From Octopus vulgaris (lineage: Eukaryota), in the NCBI GenBank assembly GCA_951406725.2, contig OX597829.1, positions 54,932,001-54,996,000 of the forward strand: DNA of 64,000 nt, written 5' to 3'. The notes under the pieces were generated by a model. It did not search any database. It was not told the origin of the DNA and saw nothing but the letters and a program-made list of their open reading frames with translations. A program made the translations under genes and the position numbers. This document shows positions 1-13,700 of this stretch, piece by piece (within the stretch, counting starts at the first letter, position 1; the number at the start of each line of letters is the position of its first letter).

Positions 1-1665
1 CTTTCAGTACACCCTGCCCCGCTACTGACTTGGTCACCTAGGTAACCGAAGCTATCAACTATTTCTAGTTTTTCTCCCTGGAATGTGGTGGAAGTTGGTC
101 TCTGAGCATTTTCAGTGTTTATTGCTCCTGAGCATCTGCCACATACAAAAACTATCTTCCCAGACATTACTGCACTTCTTATATGTCCATAGATTACACT
201 GGGTACATCTTATAGAGTTTTACCTATGCCTTTTCTATAGATCGTGCAGGGCCATCTACCTGAAGGGATTTGTGGTTTGCCTGCCTTCCTACTTATTAGG
301 ACTTTGGTTTTAGCTAGGTTGACTCTAAGGCCCTTCGATTCTAATCCTTGTTTCCACACCTGAAACTTCTCTAGTTGTGATAGTGACTCAGCAATTAGGG
401 CAAGGTTGTCAGTATAGAGGAGCTCCTGGGGGCATCCTGTCTTGAATTCGTCTGTTATTGCCTGGAGGACTATGATAAATAGGAGGAGGCTAAGGACTGA
501 ACCTTGGTGGACCCGTACTTCTGCCCGGAATTCTTTACTGTACTCGTTGCCAACGCTCACCTTACTAACAGCGTCCCTGTACATGGCTTGCACAGCTCTC
601 ACTAACCATTCATCTGACCCTAGTTTCCAGATAAGGGATCGGGGCACCCTGTCAAAGGCTTTCTCCATGTCAACGAAAGCCAGGTATAGAGGTTTATCTT
701 TGGCCAAGTATTTTTCCTGCAGCTGACTTACCAGAAATAAAGCATCAGTGGTGCTTTTCCCTGGCACAAACCCAAACGGCATCTCATCTAAACTGACTCT
801 CTCTCTAATTAGTTGGGCTATGACCCTCTCTGTAACCTTCATTATTTGATCCAACAGCTTTGATACCCCTGTAGTTATTTGTATCTAGGGCGTCACCTTT
901 ACCTTTGTAGCAGTTGACTATTAAGCTGCTACACCACTTATTGGGTATGACTCCTTCGTGTATCACCTGGTTAACTATACAGGTGACTAGGCTATAGCCA
1001 ACACCGCCAGATATTTTGAGCATCTCTGCAGTGATTCCTGATGGGCCAGGGGCTTTCCTTGTCTTCATACTCTTAATTGCTTTATCTACCAAGGTACTGT
1101 CAACTTGGATAACAGGTCCCTCTGTTGGGACGACATTCGGCAGACCCTCTTTCTCTCATTCATTTTCTTCATTCAGCAACCTTTCATAGTGGCGTCTCCA
1201 AACCTCTCTCTTTGCAACCTCGTTTAATGCAAGTGAACCATCATACATGTGGGTGCATTTCTCTCCTACAACATCACGATTCTCTCTCACACACTGTCTT
1301 GCAACATGAAATACCTCAAGTCTTTGGTCCTCACGGCACAGAGCATTGGCAAATTTTTTCTTATCTGCTTCCCCTCTGGCTAAATAAACCTGCCCCCTAG
1401 CTTCAGTTCTGGCAGTCTGATACAATTCCCTGCTACCACCGTTCTTCCAGTCCTTCCAAGCCTGTTTCTTTTCTCTAATAGCCCTGTCAACAACATTGCT
1501 CTACCACCATGTTATTTTGGGTCGAGAGGGGTCTTTGCACCATCCACAGATCTGGTCAGTGGCCCTTAGCAGATTGTCCCATAGAAACCTCCAGTTGTCT
1601 TCTACATTGTGTGAAGCTATATCCCCTGCTATTTTGTCAAAGGCTTTGAGTAATATGTCTCTAAA
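1..1665 (-). mobile_element. RTE-clade LINE fragment (frameshifted reverse transcriptase)
   Basis: ORF pieces KAPGPSGI, NYRGI, FGFVPGKSTTDA, FVDMEKAFDRV, VHQGSVLS, LLYTDN (degenerate YADD). Confidence 0.9.
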
Positions 1666-2095
1666 CAATAAAGTTATTAAAAAAATGTCATGTTTAAATG
1701 TGTGAAAATAGTGATCAAAACTTACTATTGGGAAAGACAATAAAAAATTGGAAGTAAATGAAAGAGAGTGGAGAGGAATATAAACTGCATGACAGATAAT
1801 GTGAAGTGGGAGCAAATGAGTTTAAAAGGCAATTCGTTGGTATCATTACTGTGAATTGATTTGTAATGATTAGACATAAAAGTAATGAGACAAATCCTTA
1901 ATTAGATGCTGCGATGTAAATGTAATAATTTTGTCTTGGGCCATAATACATACTTTACATACAACAGTTGGTTGGTTGGCTGTTTGCAATATAGGACAAG
2001 TCCATTTTGCCGTCTAAGTTGTTTTCATATGACCAGAGAGAAATAATGTCTACAAAAACTAAAAGGTTTTTTAAAATTGTTTTTGAAAAACTTAC

Positions 2096-2206
2096 CTTCA
2101 ATTGATTAAATTTAAATAGTTCACCCAACTCTAAATCACCAAAATTTGTTTGGAAACGTCTGATATTGTGCCTGGCTTCTCTTGAGGTCATTGACAACTT
2201 CTTTTC
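2096..2206 (-). CDS. SETD1: SETD1 N-SET exon (EKKLSMTSREARHNIRR...FKFNQLK)
   Basis: 111 nt, ttttAG / GTAAG; FNQLK immediately precedes the SET domain in Set1 proteins. Confidence 0.93.
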
Positions 2207-4714
2207 CTAAAAGAAATATGAAAAAGTAATAAAACATGGCAACAGAATTTTATGAGTGTGTGTGAGTACATGTGGGTTGTTGTAATCTACCATCCCTTCA
2301 TTGACAGACAGTCCTTTCCCTGGTTTATATTATGTATATGGCCCTGTCATCTCCTGAGGGGTAATGAAAAATAGCTACAGGAAAATGAGAAAATAAATTT
2401 CAAAATCAAAACAACATACATTTTACATTATTTACATTTGATGGATATTTGTCCTCATCTTGATTGTTGTTAACACAATGTTTCGGCTGATATACCCTCC
2501 AGCTGTCTTGGGGGAAATTTTGAACCTGGGTTCTCATTCGTAAGGTATTTTGCAATGTTATAATAATAATAACATTGAAAAATACCTTAGGAATGAGAAC
2601 CCAGGTTTGAAATTTCCCCCAAGACACCTGATGAAGGTTGGAGGGTATATCAGCCGAAACATTGTGTTAACAACAAACAAGGTGAGGACAAATATCCGTC
2701 AAATGTAAATAATGTAAATAATTCCTCATCTCTTAAATATAGAACTGAACATACATTTTGTTGTCCAGGCTCAGCTGTTTTCGTCATATTGTTTGCATGA
2801 CAAAGGTATCCAGCCTTTTCTCTGTTACTGATCTTGTAAAAGCCTTCTGTTCGAGCTGATCCTGAATAAGAAAATAGCATTAATTATAAATGTTTTGTTT
2901 ATAAACAGAATTATATGTAAACCCAATTTTGAATAAATATGGAATGTAACTACAAAAAGACATGCTAAAAATATTGAAGTTATCACCACATATAGAAAAA
3001 AACATTTTAATTTCTTTCAACCTTAGATGGAAATTACAGGGGTGGGTCAAATGTGTGTGTGTGGGGGGTCAGCATGTGAAAGGCTAGCACACCCAGATGA
3101 ACTGCTTGAAATATTTAGTCAGCTCACATTGATGTTGTCAATTTCAATAAAAGATATTCCAGCAATATGATGCATTTTCCACATTTTCTAACTGTGAAAA
3201 CAATCTCATGAAAATAGAAAGTTTAATACTGTATACTCGTACACGTAGTTTTAAATGCAAAAAAGTGTGTCATCTTCAATGCAATTTTTTAATCTGTCAT
3301 ACATGTATATTTTAGCTGATATTTTAATTGCCACCAAACAGAACCCAGTAGACATTTAAGATATGGTACAGGGTATTAAGATATTTTAAATGAGGAGCGT
3401 GGTCAATGTGGAAGGAGAAGTGGCTAAAGGGGGTTGATGGTCGAAAAAGTTTAGCGACCCCTGAGTTACAGCATGGTCATTGACTCACACACATGTGATG
3501 ACACAGAATTGTAAATTTTGGTTAACTGAAATTCTCCATGCAATCAGTAGACAAAGACTCCCCACTTTTAGCATTTAAACTAGTCATAGTTCAAACTGGC
3601 CAAATCTGGCCTCTCACACCTAGCCTACAATGTTGTTCTAAAAACATACAATTACATCATTGAAATCCTGAAGTTATGAGATAATGCATGATTAATTCAA
3701 AACAAGGTGAATGAATAAGAAGCATTACATTTGACAGGTTAATCTTAGTGCTAAAGGATTAAAAAATCTTTTTTAAAAAAAGCGTGTGAGATAACCTTAA
3801 TATCTGCTGATTGAAATGGACAACTGGAAAATAAAGTGATTGTAAATGGGAGTGAATCTAGTGCTATCTGATGAAAGCAATGAATATGTTTCAGCTTTAT
3901 TAGATCTCCTCAGCCAATAATATTGCACTCAACTGGCTTGGCATTTGTGTATGGAAACAAAAATAATGTAATGCATATTACGAATATCAACAATATGGCT
4001 TAACTGAACGTACGTGAGGAACATGTTATGCATATAAAACAGACTCAGGGTAAGGTTTGAGCAATATATGTTCTACTATAGAGATATAGTGTTCATTGCT
4101 TTCACCTTTAGTATTCACATTACTCTATCTAATGTAATGCTTATATACTCATTGTTTTAAATCAATCATGCATTATTTTGTGGCCTTGAGATTCTGACGA
4201 TGTGATGGTACATTTTCAGAATCACATTGTAGGGTAGGTGTGAGAGGCTGGATCTGTCAGTTTGAACACATAATAGGTAGAATATTTCAGCCTGATATGA
4301 TTGGTCTAAATGCAAAATGGTTAAAGACAGGAGCCACTCTCATCTGCATCCTTTTTATTGGATCAACCAAATTGGTTGATTGTTTTGGAGTTATTTTCTG
4401 TTTCTTTTTAAAAAATTTTTTATTTTAAATACACATAAAGGGTGTTTTTATCTATTAATAGCATAGATAACTTCAGTTAATCAAAATTTTTCAACTCATT
4501 TCTTTTATCTTTTACTTGTTTCAGTCATTAGACTGTGGCCATGCTGGAGCAATGTCCTTGAAGAATATTTAGTCAAATGAATCGACCCCAGTACTTACAT
4601 TTTTTTAAAAACCTGGTAGTTATTCTATCAGTCTCTTTTGCCAAACCACTAAGTTACAGGGGACACAAACACATCACTGGTTGTCAAACAGTGGTCAGGA
4701 CACACACACAGACA

Positions 4715-4785
<71 letters not shown>

Positions 4786-7700
4786 GGGCTTCTTTCAGTT
4801 TCCATCTACTAAACCCAAGAAATCAAAGAAACTTGATCAACATGCTGTGCAGTGGGACTGAACTCAGAACCATATGATTGGGAAGCAAGCTTCTTTCCAT
4901 ACAGCCAGATTTTATCATCACCATCATCATTGTTTAACATCCTCATTCCATTCTGGCATGAGTTGGATGGTTTGACAAGGCCCAAGGACTCCAAGTTGGG
5001 TGCCCTTCCTTACCACCAACCACTGTACCGTATGTACTGGATGCTTTCTTTTGTGGAAACAAACACAGTGAGGTCACCATGCAGTTTCCAAGATTACGAA
5101 CCCTGAATGGAGAAAGAGGACTTTATGCGAACAGAATAAGGACAAAAAAGGGTGTGTATATTTAATATTCTCAAAGTACTGAAGGGTTTCTATGGAATTA
5201 TCCCCTGCCACAGTTCAGAATAAAACATCACCAGGAACTGTTTGTGGCAGAAAAAGTAAAAGCAAAGTTTATTGTGCAGCATCTTACTTTTTTAATCTGT
5301 TTGTGTATATTTTTTTGTTTATCTAAAGCATCTTTATTTGGTTTGTCATTTTAACAAATTTGGGGACAATAATTTTAAGTACCTTGATGTTAGTTTCTAT
5401 CATTATTTACGCTACAATCAATAAGATTTGTTTAATACATGTCTGTTACACAGAAATTTCCTCTGGTTGTACTAAGCAAATAGGAGAGAGATGTGCAACA
5501 CACATGCAATCTCAATTCCCCCCCCCTTACTCATCCCACTCACATTTCACTGCTATCTTTGTGAAGAGTGTAAGAGAGCATGTGCATAGGAAAAATTACA
5601 AGTATATATAAAATATAAATTAGAGATAAAACCACTATTATGCAACTCAAATAGTGATAGACATAAACCAAAACATAAATAACAAATAATATATATTTTT
5701 ATAAAACATAACTAGATCTCAAAAAGTATAAAAATGAATGATCAATATATAATAAGTAAAAAAAACTACATACGTTTCATGGCTACAATTAAATTCAAAT
5801 TACAATTAAGTTTAAATTCAATTGAAATAAATTCGATTTAAAATTATAGTCAATCTTCAGGTTAACGATAATAGTTAAATAAATAAGCAAATAGAGTTAA
5901 AGAATATTTATTTAAAAAATAAATAAAATAATAATTTTCCTTATAGAAAAAGACTCCATTAACTAAATTAGAAACTTAAGACATTAGGATTATTTCCTAC
6001 AACACATTTATTATGTTAAATATTTAATTTTTTAGGTAAAAAAATAGATAGAAATATGTATTTATCTTTGAAGATATAATTTGGCTTTAAAAAGACATTA
6101 ATAAGCTATCGAATATCTTTAACTCAATTATACTTCAATATTTAATTACCAAATTATTTAACAAAATAATCACTATTAATATTTTTAGATTTAAGTTCAC
6201 ATCTAATAATTATAAAATAATAAATACATAAAAATAAGTATCTAAATTATAATCAACAAATATAGTAATTAAAAATCTAAAATTTTCTCTATCAATATAT
6301 ATAAACATATAACCAGAAATAAATAAATTAGTCCTTTATTACTTACATAAATGTTATAAATATCTATAGAATATATTTATGAAATAAAAATTAAAAATTA
6401 AATTCGTATAACCTATCTTAAAAAAATCATATTACTATTTTACGATCTATATACCACAGTGACTAACTCATATCTTAAAATTTACGTACACTTGGGTTCT
6501 TTTTCCTTGTATGTATGTCCGTCCTGTCCCACCCCATTTTCATCCACCCTCCCCTATCTATGGTACTAGATAAATGAGAGCAGAATCAGTACATTACACC
6601 CAATCCCCATTCCTTATCACCCCTGCCCATGTTATTTCAACCAATTACTCACTTGAGTCACTCTCTATTTCTCTCCTCTCCATTATACTCCATTCTGACC
6701 CCTTCTCTTATCTGCCATCATTCATTCTCAATATCCTCCTATATCTACCATCATGACCCACCTACTTTGGCCCCTTATGTATCATTATCTCTCCCTCTCC
6801 ACAGCTCTACACACTATCCCACTACTTTCTCTTCTATTCTCATTCCTGAGCCACTCCTACATTTCTCACCTTGCTGTTCTGCATACTGACATTTCCCCTG
6901 AACCCCCTACTCTTGTTCTTCACTCACAACACTAACCCCTAACTCCACTTGTTTATTCCCTCCCCACATTCTTATGGATGCATTCACTCTCTCTCTCATC
7001 CTCTTCCATGATTCATCATCCTTCTCCTTTCTGATGCTCACCTTCTTTTTCTTTCAAGCACCCCATCACTACCTTCCTTTCACCTCCTTCACCCACGTAC
7101 CACCTGTACAGCAAAACACTTGTGCTCGTCCCACTATGCTTTAGCATTTCAACACCTAGCCACTCATCTCCACCTTCCCCACCCACACTTCCTCTTTTCT
7201 TCTTTTCTGTCTTGTAAGTCACATAGCAACCTCACAGGTGCCAGTGGCACAAAAACAAAGAGAAAAGCATCCAGTACACACTGTAAAGTCGTTGGTGTTT
7301 GAAAGAGTATCCAAACATAGAAACCATGCCAAAGATGACAATGGAAATCAATGCAACCCTGCAGCTCATCAGTTCCCTGTCAAACCGTCCAACCCATGCT
7401 AGCATGGAAATGGATATTAAATGATGATGATGATTTAGTACACAAATTCACAAATTTTCATAAAATTTCTTTCTGTCTTCCAAAGAAAGAGAATCCATGT
7501 TTTAAGACATGTCCACAAAGCAAGATAATCAAAACTACAAACATTCATTAATTCCATGGATCAGACTCTTCAGCAGAAACGACCAGGGACTAACACTAAC
7601 TGCATCATCAATATATTTAAGCATATTTAAGGGTGGCAAGCTGGCAGAATCGTTAGCATGCCAGGCAAAATGCTTAGTGGCATTTCATCTACTTAGCGGT

Positions 7701-10700
7701 ATTTCAAATTCCGCCGAGGTCGACTTTGCCTTTCATCCTTTCGGGGTCGATAAATTAAGTACCAGTTACGCACTGGGGTCAATGTAATCGACTTAATACC
7801 TATGTCTGTCCTTGTTGTCCCCTCTGTGTTTAGCCCCTTGTGGGTAATAAAGAAATAGGTATTTCATCTACTGTTACATTCTGAGTTCAAATGCTGCCCA
7901 GGTCGACTTTGCCTTTCAGGGTCGATTAAATAAGTACCAGTAACACACTGGGGTAGATGTAATCGACTTAATCCCTTTATCCTTGTTTGTCCCCTCTATG
8001 TTTAGCCCCCTGTGCGCAATAAAGAAATAAATATATTTAAACATTCTTTTTTTTTATGTTCTGTACTCAAAAGGGAAAACTACAAAAGGTAAAAAAATGA
8101 CATTTTTAGTTTTGTAGATGTGTGAGTTGTTGCTAATGTGTCAGGCAATGACAGATTTTAGATTAACCCTTTTGTTACCAACCCAGCTGAAACTGCCTCT
8201 CGCTCTGAAGTACAAATGTCTTGTTTTCATAAATTTTGAATTAAAATTTTCCACCAAACTTTAGTCACAATTTATGTTCCTAACACTAGCCTAATGATAT
8301 CTATGTCATTTTACTAAATCCTTTGTTATATCTAAAATTAATTGAAAGAAACACAGAGCATTTCAGAATAAATACAGTAACGAAAGGGTTAACTTGAACC
8401 TATGTAACACACATTTGTTGGTTGCTCCTGAAATAAATTAGTATCAAATTAGTATCAGAGCTGATTTCAAAAATAGAAAAAGTAAAAAGAAACATGTAAA
8501 ACGATATAATTCAATTTTGAAATTACTTCATGTTATCAAAACCAAATCATTTCTGGAGAAATTCATAGCCATGAATCATGGATTATGGCAAATTAAGGGT
8601 AGATTGAATAAAAATTGCTTTGTAAAGTGGAAAAATTGTCTGTTCCATGGAAGGTTTCTATATGGTCGTTTGATAAGGTAAAAATAAGAATCAAGTCCCA
8701 TTCAAATTATACCCTTTCTTTAAAATGAATATATTTAATAATGAGGTCCTATATACACAATGCCTTAAAAAAAAAATAACAGGCAAAGATGGTCATAAGA
8801 AAATCTGATTATAGTCTGCTTGGTCAGAACTGACCTGGGCTAAACAACAGCAACAACAACAACAATACATGCTAACACAATATTTTAATGTTCATTTTTT
8901 CAAAACTTTGCATGACAAACACTGACAAGAATTTTAAGAGTAGAATGGCCAGTTAGTTCAATACTTGTGCCCTGTTAATGACTGGAGTGTGTACCAAAGC
9001 CAGACTAAAACTACTTAACCATAGAAATGTAACTTTTCTTTGACTTATCACCCGTATCTCTCACTCAGCCAACACAACCACTTCTCCTCCACCCTTCGTA
9101 ACCCTAAAACCCCATTCTAAACACATTACTCAATTATTTGCCCTCAAAACTGTAACTCTCTGGAATTTCTCCCTACCAATATTTTATGTAAAAGTGCCTG
9201 TGTGGTGCCACATAAAAAACACCCGTGTGACACTGTATAAAAGCGCCCAGTACACTCTGTAAAGTGGTTGGCATTGGGAAGGGCAGCATCCAGCTGTAGA
9301 AACCATGCCATATCAGACTAGAGCCTGGTGCAGTTGCCCAGCTTGCCAACTCTAGTCAAACGGTCCAACCCATGCCAGCATGGACAATGGATGTTAAATG
9401 ATGATAATCCATCATACCACAAAGGTTATGGATACTGACATTGCTCTTCCATTGGGAAAAAAAAAAGAAAACACAAAAAAGATTTTAGCAGATCTAAATT
9501 CTGGCAACTGGTACTCCGTCAGTTATGACGAGGAGGATTCCAGTTGATCCAATCAATGGAAGAGCTTGCTTGTGAAATTAACGTGCAAGTGGCTGAGCGC
9601 TCCACATACATGCGTACCTTTAACGTAGTTCACTGGAAACTTCAGCATGACACAGAATGTGACGAGGCCAACCCATTTTGAGATACAGATGCTACTCATT
9701 TTTGTCAGCTGAGTGAACTGGAACAATGTGAAATAAAGTATCTTGCTCAAAGACACAACGCATTGTTGGGAATTGAACTCACAACCTTACAATCATGAGC
9801 CAAATGTCCTAAACACTAAGCAAAGCGTCTTCACAGACCTAAACAGAATTATTATAATAAATCTAATTATTATGGTGAGCATTGACATGTAAACAGTTCC
9901 TTCTTGTGAATCTATTTAGCACATGGTATACACTATTTAACTAGTTCAGATCTAAATAGAACCAGTTAAATAGTATATGCCATGTGCTAAATAGATTTGC
10001 CAGAAGGGACTGTTTACATGTCAATACTCACCATAATAATTACAAATGATTTTTTAAAAGATTCATTTATTAAAAGACAGCATCGCAAACAATGTATAAT
10101 CTGATATTCGAATGCTAATGTTCACACACTATTATTGTCAGTGAATACAATATTTGTTCTGATGACATAATATTAGAAACATGGAAGGTAGCAAACTGGC
10201 AGAACTGTTAGCATGCAGGGCAAAACACTTAGCAGCACTTCACCTGTCTTTACGTTCATCATCATTTAAAGTCCACCTTGCATGTAGGCATGGATAGGAC
10301 AGTTGACAGGAGCAGGCCAGGTAGAAATCTACTCCAGGCTACTGTGACTGTTTTGGCAGGGATTTTATGGCTGTGTGCCCTTCCTAACACCAACCACTCT
10401 GCAGAGTGGACTCAGTGCTTTTTATGTGGTACCAGCAAAGGTAAAACTGTTTTGGCATGGTTTTTACAACTGGATGCTCTTCCAAATGCCAGCCTTTTTA
10501 CAGTGTGGACTGGATGCATTTTAAGTGGCACCAGCACTGACAGGGTCACCAAGTAACCTGCAAGACAAGGAATTATGAGAGGTAAGGGAACATTGGAGGA
10601 GTGGAACTTGTGTTAAATGATGAAAGGTTAGAGTGTGATATAGAGAGAGAAGCAGGTGTTTTGCTACAGAGGAAGGGGCATTGGAGGAGGTGATTCTGGG

Positions 10701-13700
10701 TCAGATGAAAGGTTAGAGTGTGATGGAGAAACACTAACAGAGTGGTGTCTTACTATAGAGACAGCTGATGGTTGCTCAGCCAGAGAAAGAGAGAGAGAGA
10801 AAGAGAGAGAAAGTGAGAGAGAGAGAGAGTTCAAATTCTGCTGAGGTCCACTTTGCCTTTCGTCCTTTCAGGGTCGACAGAATAAACACCAGCTGGGTAC
10901 TGGCGATTGATCTAACAACTTAACCCCCTCCCATTATTACTGGCTTTGTGCCAAAGTTTCAAACCAGTATTAGGAACATTTCACAAGCCTAGATTGTAAA
11001 GAATCAAATGCTATGCAATCATGGTCCATTCTTTATTTGATGACGCTCTTCCTTGCTGAATCTTTTGACTGAAGTTTCATATATTATTCACATCATGAGA
11101 AAACTCATTAAGCCACAACAGTTAAAGAATTGTTAAACAGATTTCACTATATTCATACATATGTACAAAATAACTAGAAGGTATTTTAGTAATTCAAGTG
11201 AGACGATAAATCAAGTGACAAGTTCCTTATGAACACTATGCAATATATAAGAAAGGCTGAAGACGCTCGACATTTATTCTCTAGAAAAACACCGCCACCG
11301 TGGTGATCTCATTCTTGCTCACAACATCATAAGTGGAAAGTGTAACCTCTCGAAAGAGCTGTTCTTCACTCCTGCTCCAGAGTGTCAGCTGCAGGGTCAC
11401 TCCAAAAAGCTCTATCTGCGACGATTTCATCTCAATCGAAGGAGAGGGGCTTTCTCCATCCGGGTTGCGGATCCGTGGAATAAGCTGCCGACGACCGTTC
11501 AGTTCAAAGTCTCTCTTGACCAGAAATGGCCTGAACTCTTTGTATGAACACCCTCCCTGTACATAACTCCATGTCCCCCTACATGGCCTTGCTTTTTGTT
11601 TTTGAGCCAAAAAATTAACTCAACTTATAAGAACTTCACACGATTAAAAATTATTTATTTAAAAAAAAAATAGAGTAAGAGAATAAAAATTTAATTCTTT
11701 CTGGATCTGCCCAACTATTTCACTATGAGATATGTAATACTGGTGAATGATCTTACTATGAGATTATTCTTCCTTGTGCTAACCACTGATGTTGTCTATC
11801 ATTGATAACACCCAGTAACAAAACAGCTACAGAACATACCATTTGTACCTTGTTCAAGCATTCTTAGGTTACACATCCAATGGAGCATGCTGGAAATGAT
11901 TCTAGTCTTCTCATGTCTTCTACATGGTTCATGTCTCATTAACATGTAGCATAGCTGTTTGTACACAAGAATCATACAATCTGCCTTTCACTTTTGAGAG
12001 AGAGAAATCTTTTGTTATATCAACACAGGTCACAGTTCTCTAAATTTTCTCCAGCCAGTCCTTATTCTAGCAACTATATTTTGAGAACATCTTCCTCCAC
12101 TGCTAATTAGGTAACAAACTATCTACTACTTTCAGAAATCCTCCTGGCCATTAGAGTAAGTCTATTTCTTGTGTTCTTCATGTTTATTGCTCCTCAGTAT
12201 CTGCCAGTCAACTTTCTCTTTTAACCTGTCGGTGATAACACTGCACCTGTTGTGTGTCCATATTTTGCATTGGGTATATTATATGGAATTTCTACCCACA
12301 TCTTTTCTATATAATGAGCAGGATCATTTTCCTGCATGCTGTAACTTTGGTCTTTTTTAATAAACTTTAAGGCTCTTTGATTCCAGGTTTTGCTTCCACA
12401 CCTGAAATTTCATTTCTAATTCTACAACTGCTTCAATTAGAAGAACATGATCATCAGCATATAGCAGTTCTTACAGTTAACTGGTCTTGAATTCCTGTTA
12501 TAGTCTGAAGGACTATGATGAACAGGAGGGGGTGGCTAAGAACTAGTCCTGGTGAACACCTACCTTTCTGTTAAATTTGTCACTGTACTTATTAACCCTC
12601 AACCTTGCTAACAGCACCTCTGTACATGGCCTGTATGGTTTGTATGGCTCTCACAAACCATTTGTCTCCCTTAATTACTACAGTAACCACAGTGCAAATG
12701 TTCCTGTCAAAGACAGTGACTTTTAACCAAGTGCTTCGGTAGTTGCCTTACAAGAACGACATCAAATAGTAGCACTTCTTGACATAAAACCAAACTGAAT
12801 CTCATCAAGGTTAATCCCCTTCCTAATTAATTTAATGAAACTTTCATAACTGGTTCAGCAATTTAATACCTTTGTAATTACTTCTCTTTAAGACATCCCC
12901 TTTACTCTTGTAAATAGTTTACAATAATTCTGCTACACCACTCATAGGGTATAACAACTTCATGTGCAACCTGCCTGACTAGGCAGGTAACTAGGCTGTA
13001 TCCTCCAACACCAAAAATTTTAAGCATCTTACAGTAATTTCTGATGGCCCTGGGACTTTCTTGCCTTCATCCCTTTAACTGCCCTATCGTGCTGCCATCA
13101 ACTAAAATGGCTGATCCTACTGTTGGGTTCACTTTGGGAAGACATTTCTCCTATGCATTCTTCACATTTAATAGCTTCTTGTAATAGCACTTCATGACTT
13201 ATGTGTGCGTGTGTGTGTGTGTGTGTGCATGCTTGTACTTGCATCTTTGCATCTCATTACTAGGTTATTGGTGCTGGTTTAATTGTCCATAACATGACGA
13301 TATATCCAAGAAAGCCTGATAGAACAATTACAAAACTTAGAGTAAATATGCTTCAAGATGGTACCCCAACATGGCTACAGTCCACTGACTGAAGTAAAGA
13401 ATAAAAGAATATATGCTAGATTTATATGAAGAAATTTACAGACATTCAATCTCCTAATTTTAGCAATAACTGCTTTATCATTAGGTCCAACGGGTCACCT
13501 AATTTAGGAGCAGACATCTAATACTTTCCCAACAAAACAACAAAACTGTAGCTCTACAACACAAAATCAGAAAACTATAACATCACAACAGTGAAGCAAC
13601 AATTATTATTGTCTCTCAGAAAAGGCTGTAATGAGGAAAATCAAGGCATTAACAATGCTTTCCCACAATCATAGCATAAATTGTTCAACTTGCAGCAGTT

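Noticed and set aside
5880-6480. Extremely AT-rich block as a possible mitochondrial insertion
   Set aside because: No recognisable mitochondrial gene, rRNA or tRNA; more likely decayed TE sequence next to the hammerhead-like repeat
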